From Elusimicrobiales bacterium (GTDB taxonomy: Bacteria; Elusimicrobiota; Elusimicrobia; Elusimicrobiales; UBA9959), in contig JBFXJL010000002.1 of NCBI GenBank assembly GCA_050174915.1, positions 325,553 through 389,552 on the forward strand: 64,000 bases of DNA, given 5' to 3'. The notes under the pieces were generated by a model. It was not told the origin of the DNA. It worked only from the letters and a program-made list of their open reading frames with translations, and did no database searches. Within the stretch, counting starts at the first letter, position 1; each line of letters starts with the position of its first letter. Shown here in pieces: positions 10,349 through 17,364 of the stretch. A program made the translations under genes and the position numbers.

Positions 10349-10470
10349 GAGGGTACGCCTTCTCCGGGTACGTTCGGCCACACCGTGGCCTCACTCTTTC
10401 GCTCCGGTTCGGCGCTTACGCAAGCCTCACCTCCGCGAGGCCCCTCCGAAGGCATACCCTCCCCAGCCTG
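10349..10470 (-). repeat. GC-rich palindromic intergenic repeat, copy A1. The 92-nt core is 10379-10470. A near-perfect 14-nt inverted pair (one mismatch), gagggtacgccttc / gaaggcataccctc, lies at 10349-10362 / 10448-10461, the second arm inside the core.
   Basis: The core is the reverse complement of 29127-29218 with only 3 mismatches by hand alignment. It contains the 'gcgcttacgcaagc' mini-hairpin and the 'ggccacaccgtggcc' hairpin. Confidence 0.8.
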
Positions 10471-10508
10471 CTGCCGCTATGTCTTGGCATTGGCGAAGTC
10501 AGCGGAAG

Positions 10509-10624
10509 CCGTACGGGCAGGGTTAGCAAAACCTTCATGAGGGCGAGGCTTGCGTAGCGCCGAGCCCGATTGATGAGCGAGCGCACGGTGTGCGCGAGCG
10601 CGTTTTGCGTTCCTGCCCGTACGG
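10509..10624 (+). repeat. Degenerate copy A2 of the same repeat family, enclosed by a perfect 13-bp stem
   Basis: ccgtacgggcagg (10509-10521) is exactly complementary to cctgcccgtacgg (10612-10624). The interior 'gaggcttgcgtagcgccgag...gcgcacggtgtg' matches copy D at an estimated ~75% identity, in the same orientation as D. Confidence 0.65.
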
Positions 10625-10733
10625 TGATCCGCCAAGGCCCCTAACGCGGTAGGCCGTGGGAACCGGAGAGGTTTTAATAAGTGAATGTTTTTGAAACTAT
10701 TCTGTAATACGATAAAGTTAGAATAAATGTGAT

Positions 10734-12680
10734 ATGAAAAGGTTTTTAGCCGCCCTAGCGCTCGTTGCGAGCCTGTGGACGCCCCGGGTATCTGCCCAGA
10801 GCGCCGCGCTCGACAATCCCATGATGGAGACCTCGCTGATGCAGAAGCAGGACTCCATGCGCCGCGAGGCGGAGACCAAGGTCAAGAAGGAGATCCTCGA
10901 CCCCATCCTCGGGGCCGACAAGTCCTTCGTGTTCGCCGACGTCGAGCTGGAGGTCATCTCCAAGAAGGCCGAGCAGAGCAAGGAAGGCCTGGGCGTGATG
11001 CAGAAGTACAAGGAGAAGGGCGCCAGCGACGAGGCCGCCGACACCGACTTCATCCTGCCCGGCATCCCCAAGCCCCGCTCCGTACTGGGCGGCGAGAACA
11101 AGCGCCCCGAGGCGGCCCAGGGCCAGCAGGCCCAGCAGGCCAAGGGCGTGCAGGAGATCCGCTACGGCCTCGAGACCGAGATCACCCGCTTCCAGCTGAC
11201 CGTCATCCACGACGAACAGCTCGCCCCGGCCTCCATCGCGCTGGCCCGCGAGCGCATAGACGATTTCCTGGTGCCCTACAAGATCCGCAAGACCGGCGCG
11301 CCCACTGTGGTGTTCAAGCCCACCAAGTTCAAGGCCGGCAACCCGCTCGACGACCTCAAGAAGCCGTCCGTCTACCTGCCCCTGCTTTACGCGCTGCTGT
11401 TCCTGCTGCTGCTGCTGTTCCTGTTCGGCCCGCTGTGGGGCTTCTTCCGCAAGTACATCAAGGCGCTGATGGCAAAGCCCGGCGCCGAGGTGAACATAGA
11501 GGACAAGCGCGAGGAGGGCGGGGGAGGCGGCGGCGAGGACGAGGGCAAGCAGGAGACCGAGGGTCACCAGAGCATAGACATGAACTTCCTTCAGAAGGAG
11601 GAGGAGAAGAAGGAAGACGAGGACGACCTTATGAAGAAATTCGAGCCTTTCACCTATTTGAACGAGGAGAACCTCAAGCGGCTGATCTACCTGTTCCTGC
11701 TCCGGAAGGAGGACCCGTGGGTCATCGCGGTGGTGCTGAGCTACCTCAAGCCCGACCTGAGCCGGCAGGCCCTCTCCATGCTGCCGGTGGAGATGCAGAG
11801 CCGCGTGGCGCTGGAGGCCCTGACCGTGCGCCAGGCCACCCGCGAGCAGATAGAGGCCATAGACAAGGATATCCGCGAGAACGTGGACTTCGTGATGGGC
11901 GGCATAGAGCGCCTGGTGAAGATGCTCGACGACTCCGACCCGGCCACCCGCAAGAACATCATAGAGTACCTCAAGACCCAGAAGCCCGACGTCTACGCCA
12001 AGGTGCGCCAGATCGTGCTGATGTTCGAGGACATCATCAATTTCGCCGACCGCGACATGCAGTCCATCATCCGCAACCTCAACAACGAGGACGTGGCGAA
12101 GGCGCTGGCCAAGGCCGACCCGGCCATCGTCAACAAGTTCTTCACCAACATGTCGCAGGGCGCCGTGAACTCCGTCAAGGAGATCATGGAGTACTCCGGC
12201 GAGGTCAGCCTGGCCCAGTCGGACGAGGCGCAGATGAAGATCCTGGACGCTATCAAGACGCTGGAGTCCGAGGGCAAGATCGCCTCGCGCGGCGGCAACT
12301 CGCAGGAAGTCTATATGATAGAAGGGGGAGAGATGTCCTCCGGCGACGAGCGCCGCAAGAAATTCGAGAGCCTGTCCGGTTCCGCCCCGGCCCCCGCCGC
12401 CAGCCCCACTCCGGAGCAGGCCGAGCAGGCCAGGCAGTACGCCGCGGCCGGCGCCAACATGTACAATCAGGGCCAGGTGCAGGAGAGCCTGCAGTACCTG
12501 GAATACGCTTCCTCTCTGAACCCCGGAGACGCCTCTACCTGGCAGTACCTGGGCGCGGCCTACTACGGCCTGCAGCGCGTGGACGAGGCGGTGGCCGCCT
12601 ACGAGAAGTACGCCACCCTGTCCGGCGACCCGGCCGCTTCCGAATGGCTGGCCGGCTTCAAAGCCAGCGTGGGTCGCTGA
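10734..12680 (+). CDS. Membrane-anchored FliG-like protein: signal peptide, ~190-aa periplasmic domain, one TM helix, acidic linker, FliG middle/C-terminal-like domains and a C-terminal TPR
   Basis: 'MKRFLAALALVASLWTPRVSAQ' looks like a signal peptide. The TM helix is 'VYLPLLYALLFLLLLLFLFGPLWGFF' followed by RKYIK (positive-inside). The segment 'LMFEDIINFADRDMQSIIRNLNNEDVAKALAKADPAIVNKFFTNMSQGAVNSVKEIMEYSGEVSLAQSDEAQMKILDAIKTLESEGKI' aligns by eye with the FliG C-terminal domain (MFxF motif and torque-helix region). The C-terminus has TPR-like repeats ('ASTWQYLGAAYYGLQRVDEAVAAYEKY'). Confidence 0.75.
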   Translation: MKRFLAALALVASLWTPRVSAQSAALDNPMMETSLMQKQDSMRREAETKVKKEILDPILGADKSFVFADVELEVISKKAEQSKEGLGVMQKYKEKGASDEAADTDFILPGIPKPRSVLGGENKRPEAAQGQQAQQAKGVQEIRYGLETEITRFQLTVIHDEQLAPASIALARERIDDFLVPYKIRKTGAPTVVFKPTKFKAGNPLDDLKKPSVYLPLLYALLFLLLLLFLFGPLWGFFRKYIKALMAKPGAEVNIEDKREEGGGGGGEDEGKQETEGHQSIDMNFLQKEEEKKEDEDDLMKKFEPFTYLNEENLKRLIYLFLLRKEDPWVIAVVLSYLKPDLSRQALSMLPVEMQSRVALEALTVRQATREQIEAIDKDIRENVDFVMGGIERLVKMLDDSDPATRKNIIEYLKTQKPDVYAKVRQIVLMFEDIINFADRDMQSIIRNLNNEDVAKALAKADPAIVNKFFTNMSQGAVNSVKEIMEYSGEVSLAQSDEAQMKILDAIKTLESEGKIASRGGNSQEVYMIEGGEMSSGDERRKKFESLSGSAPAPAASPTPEQAEQARQYAAAGANMYNQGQVQESLQYLEYASSLNPGDASTWQYLGAAYYGLQRVDEAVAAYEKYATLSGDPAASEWLAGFKASVGR

Positions 12681-12721
12681 GGGTTCCAGCCGGGGACGGC
12701 CCCGTCAGGCACGGGGTCTCG

Positions 12722-12804
12722 CACACCGTGCTCGCCCCTCCTCACTCGGCCTCCGCGCTTACGCAAGCGTCGGCCTCCGTGAGGGCCTTCCGGAACCATC
12801 CCCG
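12722..12804 (-). repeat. Divergent copy B of the GC-rich palindromic repeat family
   Basis: 'cacaccgtg...gcgcttacgcaagcg...cctccgtgagggccttccggaaccatcccc' is collinear with copy A1 at an estimated ~65-70% identity. Confidence 0.55.
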
Positions 12805-12976
12805 GCCGGATCCCATGCTAAGTAGTATTAAGAGTAGGAGGGGAGAAACTTAGGAGAAAGCACACCCTTGCCGGGCAGAGCGGTTATAAAGTTGTTAACA
12901 ATCCTGTAACGAAAGTGAAACCGCGTTTTTTTAGAATATAGAGGCAGCAAGACGGTCAGCGACTAAACTTAAATTT

Positions 12977-15406
12977 ATGGCAGACGAGAAGAAAATACCC
13001 AAGATGCCCCCGCTTCCCCCGGGGATGCTCAAACCTGGTATGCCGCCGGCGCCTCCTGCCGGCAGGCCTCCTCTGCCGTCCATGCCTGGCATGCCGCAGG
13101 CCGGTTTTCCTTCCCTGCCCCAGGGCTTCGGCCAGCCGGCCGCCGCCCCCCAGCCCGCCGCCAAGGACGACGCCGAAGAGCGCCGCCTGCAGGAAGAAAA
13201 GGACAAGCTGGAGCGCAAGATCTCCGACATGGAGAAGCTGCTCTCGGCCGAGAAAGAGAAGGCGCTGCTCGCCACGCTCAAGAACCAGCAGGACGAGGCT
13301 CTCTCCTCCCGCGTGGAGTCTTCGCTTAAAGATATACAGGACAAAATGCGCCGCGACCGCCGCGACCACGAGGTCGAGGAAGAGCGCCTCACGCTGAAGT
13401 CAAAGATCAAAGAGATGGAAACCCGCCTCGCGCAGGAGCGCGAGACCTGGATGACCACGCTCAAGAACCAGATGTCCGAGCGCGAGGTGCAGGGCCGGGA
13501 CGTGGAAGGGCACTTCATTTACAGGCTCCAGGAGATGGAGCGCCGCTGGCTGGACGAAAAGGCCCAGTGGCAGAAAGAGATCACCTCCCGCGAGGAGACC
13601 ATCCGCTCGCTCAAGTCCGCCTCCGAGAAGCTGCGCGACACCGAGGACGAGCTGCGCAAGATCTCGCTGGAAAAGACGATGTCGGACCGCGAGGTCTCCA
13701 GGCTGCGCGACGACGTGGCCCGCGCCGAGCGCGAGAAGGCCTCGGTCGAGACCTATATCAAGATGATCCCCGAGAAGGAACGCGAGATAGCGGACCTCAG
13801 GAGCGAGAACATCTCCCTGCGCGGCCGCGAGGAGAAGGCCCGCCTCGAGGAGAAGCACAACGCCGAGAAACAGGCTTTCGAACTGGAGAAGATGCAGAAG
13901 GAGATAGGCCGCCTGCAGGCCGAGATCGGCGCCATCTCCGACCGCAAGAACGAGGAGAAGAACGAGGCCCTGCGCAAGCAGGCCGAGCGCTACGACGCCG
14001 CGCTGCTGGAGAAGGAGAAGGCCCTGGCCGACGTGAACGGCGAGAAGGTGCGCGCCATCTCCGAACTCGTCAAGATCAAAGGCTTCGTGTCCCGGGTGCA
14101 GGCCATCAACGCCGTGCTCGACAAGGAACGCGGCCAGCTGCGGCTCGAGAAGATGCAGCTCGCCCAGAACATGGCCGCGCAACTCGAAGAGATACGCCGC
14201 CAGAAGGCTGAACTGGACACCATCAAGGCCGCTCACCAGAGCGAGCTGGAAGCCCAGGCCACCGGCTACAAGGCCGAAATAGCCCGGGTGAAGAACGGCT
14301 ACGGGGCCGAACTGGCCGCCAGGCACGCCGAGGAACTGGCCGAGGCCTCCCGCAGGAACCAGGAGGAGCTGTCCAGGCTGGCCGCGGTGCATCAGGCCGA
14401 GCTGGCCAACGCCGCCTCTTCCCACCAGGCAGAGCTCGCCAGGCTGGAATCGGTACGCCGCGAGGAGGCTTCCAGAGCCGCCGCCGCCCACCAGGCGGAA
14501 CTCGCCAAGGTTTCCGCCGAGCGCCAGGAGGAGGTCTCCAGGATCTCCGACGAGCGCCAGGCCGAAGTCGCTAAAATATCCGCCGAAGCCCAGGCCGAGG
14601 TCGCCAGGATCTCCGCCGAGCGCCAGGCCGAGCTGGACGCCAAGGTCTCCCAGCTGCGCATGCAGTACGAGTCCTCCTCCGAAGAGGAGAAGGCCGCCGT
14701 GCGCAAGCAGCTCGAGACGGCCCACGCCGCCCAGCTGGGTACCGCCAGGGCGGAAGCCTCCGCCGCCATGGATTCGCTGGTCAGGCTGGAAGCCGAGAAC
14801 CGCCGCCTCGCCGCCGAGAGCGCCGTGTTCGAGAAGACCATAGCCGCCAGGACCAAGGATTTCGAGGACAGGCTGGTGCGCGCCGAGGCAGAGGCCAAGC
14901 GCCGCGACGAGCAGGCTTCCCGTGCCGAGGCCCAGCTCTCCGAGTCCCTCGCCCGCGCCGCCGAGGCCGCCAAGGCCGCCCAGGCCGTGGAGACGGAGCG
15001 CCAGCGCCTGTCGGCAGAGTACGCCGCCCTGCGCGAGAAATATTCAGTGATAGAATCCCGCAAAGCCGCCGAGGAAGCCGAACTGGCCCGCCTGACGGAG
15101 AGCTTCAAGGCCCAGGCCGAGAACCTTCGGCTGGAGAGCGAGAACCGCACCCGCTTCGAATCCGAGCTGCTGTTCCTCAAGCAGAAGCTGCAGCAGATGG
15201 AACTGCAGGCCCAGGAGACCGCCGCGCTGCTAGATGAGGAGCGCAACGCCGCCGCCGCGCAGGCCCAGGCCGCCGCCGACCAGGCCGCCGCCGACGCCGC
15301 CCGCCTGGCGGAGGCCTCCGCCGAACTGGAGAAATACCGCGCGCTCGAGGCTTCCTTCGCCGAGCGCCTGAAGTGGGCCCTCAAGGGGAAAAAACAGGAA
15401 GAGTGA
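12977..15406 (+). CDS. 809-aa protein with a proline-rich N-terminus followed by a very long coiled-coil containing 11-residue (hendecad) tandem repeats
   Basis: The N-terminus reads 'PPLPPGMLKPGMPPAPPAGRPPLPSMPGMPQAGFPSLPQGF'. The remainder is E/K/R/A/L/Q-rich with heptad or hendecad character and has no TM helix. Its codon usage resembles that of its neighbours. Confidence 0.8.
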   Translation: MADEKKIPKMPPLPPGMLKPGMPPAPPAGRPPLPSMPGMPQAGFPSLPQGFGQPAAAPQPAAKDDAEERRLQEEKDKLERKISDMEKLLSAEKEKALLATLKNQQDEALSSRVESSLKDIQDKMRRDRRDHEVEEERLTLKSKIKEMETRLAQERETWMTTLKNQMSEREVQGRDVEGHFIYRLQEMERRWLDEKAQWQKEITSREETIRSLKSASEKLRDTEDELRKISLEKTMSDREVSRLRDDVARAEREKASVETYIKMIPEKEREIADLRSENISLRGREEKARLEEKHNAEKQAFELEKMQKEIGRLQAEIGAISDRKNEEKNEALRKQAERYDAALLEKEKALADVNGEKVRAISELVKIKGFVSRVQAINAVLDKERGQLRLEKMQLAQNMAAQLEEIRRQKAELDTIKAAHQSELEAQATGYKAEIARVKNGYGAELAARHAEELAEASRRNQEELSRLAAVHQAELANAASSHQAELARLESVRREEASRAAAAHQAELAKVSAERQEEVSRISDERQAEVAKISAEAQAEVARISAERQAELDAKVSQLRMQYESSSEEEKAAVRKQLETAHAAQLGTARAEASAAMDSLVRLEAENRRLAAESAVFEKTIAARTKDFEDRLVRAEAEAKRRDEQASRAEAQLSESLARAAEAAKAAQAVETERQRLSAEYAALREKYSVIESRKAAEEAELARLTESFKAQAENLRLESENRTRFESELLFLKQKLQQMELQAQETAALLDEERNAAAAQAQAAADQAAADAARLAEASAELEKYRALEASFAERLKWALKGKKQEE
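14381..14644 (+). repeat. About eight tandem 33-nt (11-aa) repeats inside the coiled-coil gene
   Basis: The units are AAVHQAELANA / ASSHQAELARL / ESVRREEASRA / AAAHQAELAKV / SAERQEEVSRI / SDERQAEVAKI / SAEAQAEVARI / SAERQAELDAK. Confidence 0.8.
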
Positions 15407-15490
15407 CGCGCCCGGGCAGGGTACGCGGGGCGGGGGGAACCAGGGTTGCCGCCGCCCGCGCTCATTGGCAATAAAGTATAATTTAAAACG

Positions 15491-15715
15491 ATGATCAAGC
15501 TAGAAAAACTCAACGGGGCGCTGGTGGTGGTGAACGCCGAACTCATAGAGAGCGTAGAGGCCGGGCCGGACACCGTGATAAACCTGGCCACCGGCAACCG
15601 GTACCTGGTGCGTAACCCGGTGGACGAGGTCGTGGCCCTGGTGGTGGAGTACAAAAGGAAGGTCTACGCCGAGCGAAAATGCGTGAATCCGATCGAGGGG
15701 CTGGAACGGAAATAG
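15491..15715 (+). CDS. flbD: Flagellar protein FlbD family (small stator-associated protein)
   Basis: The 74-aa product 'MIKLEKLNGALVVVNAELIESVEAGPDTVINLATGNRYLVRNPVDEVVALVVEYKRKV' matches the FlbD pattern (MI.L..LNG..F.LN..LIE.IE..PDT.I.L..G.K..V.ES..EV). The gene lies directly upstream of motA/motB. Confidence 0.8.
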   Translation: MIKLEKLNGALVVVNAELIESVEAGPDTVINLATGNRYLVRNPVDEVVALVVEYKRKVYAERKCVNPIEGLERK

Positions 15716-15731
15716 TTTTCGGAGATCTTAC

Positions 15732-16520
15732 ATGGATATAGCTACATTCAGCGGCATCATAGTCTTCGGCGGCTTCGTATTCGCGGCCATCTATCTCGGA
15801 GAGGGCATACACGGGTTCAAGCCCTTCCTTAACGCCGAAGCTTTCCTTATCGTGATGGGCGGCACGTTCTGCGCGCTGCTGGTCAATTTCCCGCTCTCGT
15901 CGGTGATCAACTCCACGAAAGTGCTGAAAAAGGTGCTGACTACCAAGGGCGAGGATACCTCCAAGCTGGTGTCCACCTTCGTCTCGCTGTCGCAGAAGGC
16001 CAAGAAAGAGGGCTTCCTGGCGCTGCAGGGCGACGTGCAGACCATCGACAACGATTTCCTCAAGCGCGGCGTGCAGCTGGTCATCGACGGCGCCGACCAC
16101 GAGTTCATCCGCAACATGCTCGAGACCGAGATCGACTTCATCACGGAGCGCCACAAGGCCGGCCGCGAGATCTTTAACGCCCTGGGTACCTACGCCCCGG
16201 CCTTCGGCATCATCGGCACCGTGCTGGGCATGATCATGATGCTTTCCTCCATCGACGATGTGGCACAGGTGCCCCGCCGCATGGCCCTCGCCCTGGCCGC
16301 CGCGTTCTACGGTATGGGAGCCGGCTACTGGCTTTTCATGCCGATGGCCGGCAAGCTGAAGCACCGCTCCGAAGAGGAACTTTTCGTGAAAGAGATCATC
16401 ATCCGCGGCGTGCTGCTGCTGCAGAGCGGCGCCACGCCCAGCGTGGTGGAGGCCAACCTGAAAGCCTACCTCGAGCCCGGCAAGCGGAAGAACGTGGCGA
16501 AAGAGGGCGCCGCGGCTTAA
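15732..16520 (+). CDS. motA: MotA/PomA-family flagellar-type stator protein (proton channel A subunit)
   Basis: The 262-aa product has a 4-TM layout, a large cytoplasmic loop between TM2 and TM3, and 'YAPAFGIIGTVLGMIMML' and 'ALALAAAFYGMGAGYWLFMPMAGKL' motifs typical of MotA/PomA. An SD-like 'ggag' lies upstream. Confidence 0.85.
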   Translation: MDIATFSGIIVFGGFVFAAIYLGEGIHGFKPFLNAEAFLIVMGGTFCALLVNFPLSSVINSTKVLKKVLTTKGEDTSKLVSTFVSLSQKAKKEGFLALQGDVQTIDNDFLKRGVQLVIDGADHEFIRNMLETEIDFITERHKAGREIFNALGTYAPAFGIIGTVLGMIMMLSSIDDVAQVPRRMALALAAAFYGMGAGYWLFMPMAGKLKHRSEEELFVKEIIIRGVLLLQSGATPSVVEANLKAYLEPGKRKNVAKEGAAA

Positions 16521-16547
16521 CGGCCGGCGGGACGAGACTTAAACTTT

Positions 16548-17351
16548 ATGCGGAAAAGAGTCAAAGGCATGATCCCGGAGGACGACAGGCGGGTATCCCC
16601 GATGGGAGAGCCCGCGCCCCCGTTCATGGTCAACTATGCCGACCTCATGACGGAGCTGGTCTGCTTCTTTGTCATCCTTTACGCCCTGTCCGCCGCCCTG
16701 AACAAGGATATGCAGAAGGCCCAGCAGGAAGTTCAGGAGATGATCAAAGAGGGCAAGATGGCCGGCCAGGTGCAGATAGACAAGGAAGGCATGCGCATCA
16801 CGCTCGAGGAACAGAGCGATATGGCTTTCTTCGAGAGCGGCAAGGCCGAACTGACCGACCAGATGCGCACCCAGATGGACAAGCTGTCCCCGGTGCTGCT
16901 GAAGCTGGCCGAGAAGCACGACATCGTGGTGGAAGGCCACACCGATAATATCCCTATAGCCACCCAGCAGTTCGCCTCCAACTGGGAGCTGTCCACCGCG
17001 CGCGCCACCAGCGTGGTGAAATCCATGCTTGAGAGTAAGTTCGCGCCCAAGCGGCTGTCGGCCGTGGGCTACGGCGAATACCACCCCAAAGTCCCCAACA
17101 CTTCGAGCGTCAACCGCAAGACCAACCGCCGCGTGGTGTTCTTCATCAAGAACAATCCTTATCCCGACCCGACCGGTCCCCCGGGACCGGACGGCAAGCC
17201 CCTTCCGGCCGCTCCGGAGGGTGGCGCGCCGGCCGTGCCTGAGCAGGCTCCGGCCGCTCCGGAGGGCGCCGCCGAACTTCCGGTTGAGGCGGTCCCCGCC
17301 CCGGAGACGCCCTCCCCGGCCGGAGACGCGCCCGCGGAAGACGGGCAGTAA
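16548..17351 (+). CDS. motB: MotB-family stator protein (OmpA-like peptidoglycan-binding domain) with a Pro/Ala-rich C-terminal tail
   Basis: 'NYADLMTELVCFFVILY' carries the conserved TM-proximal Asp. The OmpA-like core reads 'VVEGHTDNIPI..FASNWELSTARATSVV...AVGYGEYHP...NRRVVF'. The start could instead be the ATG at 16569. Confidence 0.85.
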   Translation: MRKRVKGMIPEDDRRVSPMGEPAPPFMVNYADLMTELVCFFVILYALSAALNKDMQKAQQEVQEMIKEGKMAGQVQIDKEGMRITLEEQSDMAFFESGKAELTDQMRTQMDKLSPVLLKLAEKHDIVVEGHTDNIPIATQQFASNWELSTARATSVVKSMLESKFAPKRLSAVGYGEYHPKVPNTSSVNRKTNRRVVFFIKNNPYPDPTGPPGPDGKPLPAAPEGGAPAVPEQAPAAPEGAAELPVEAVPAPETPSPAGDAPAEDGQ

Positions 17352-17364
17352 CAGGAAGGAATTT

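Noticed and set aside
8655-10394. 579-aa minus-strand ORF, antisense to the OM-barrel/TPR gene
   Set aside because: It is a shadow ORF with low-complexity G/A/L/H/V composition. The plus-strand frame carries the barrel and TPR motifs.
10775-12853. 692-aa plus-strand ORF in an alternate frame of the FliG-like gene (and 10755..11567 on the minus strand)
   Set aside because: The translation is extremely Arg/Pro/Gly-rich, as expected for an off-frame in GC-rich DNA. The 10734 frame has a signal peptide, a TM helix and FliG-like and TPR motifs.
13400-15654. 441-aa and 420-aa minus-strand ORFs, antisense to the coiled-coil gene
   Set aside because: They mirror a repetitive GAG/GCC-rich coding sequence and translate to low-complexity L/G/A or S/A/R strings.
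15732-17351. Possibility that motA/motB are ZorA/ZorB of a Zorya anti-phage system
   Set aside because: The MotA homologue is only 262 aa and lacks the long ZorA C-terminal tail. There are no ZorC/ZorD-like (helicase or nuclease) genes nearby, and FlbD is flagellar-type.
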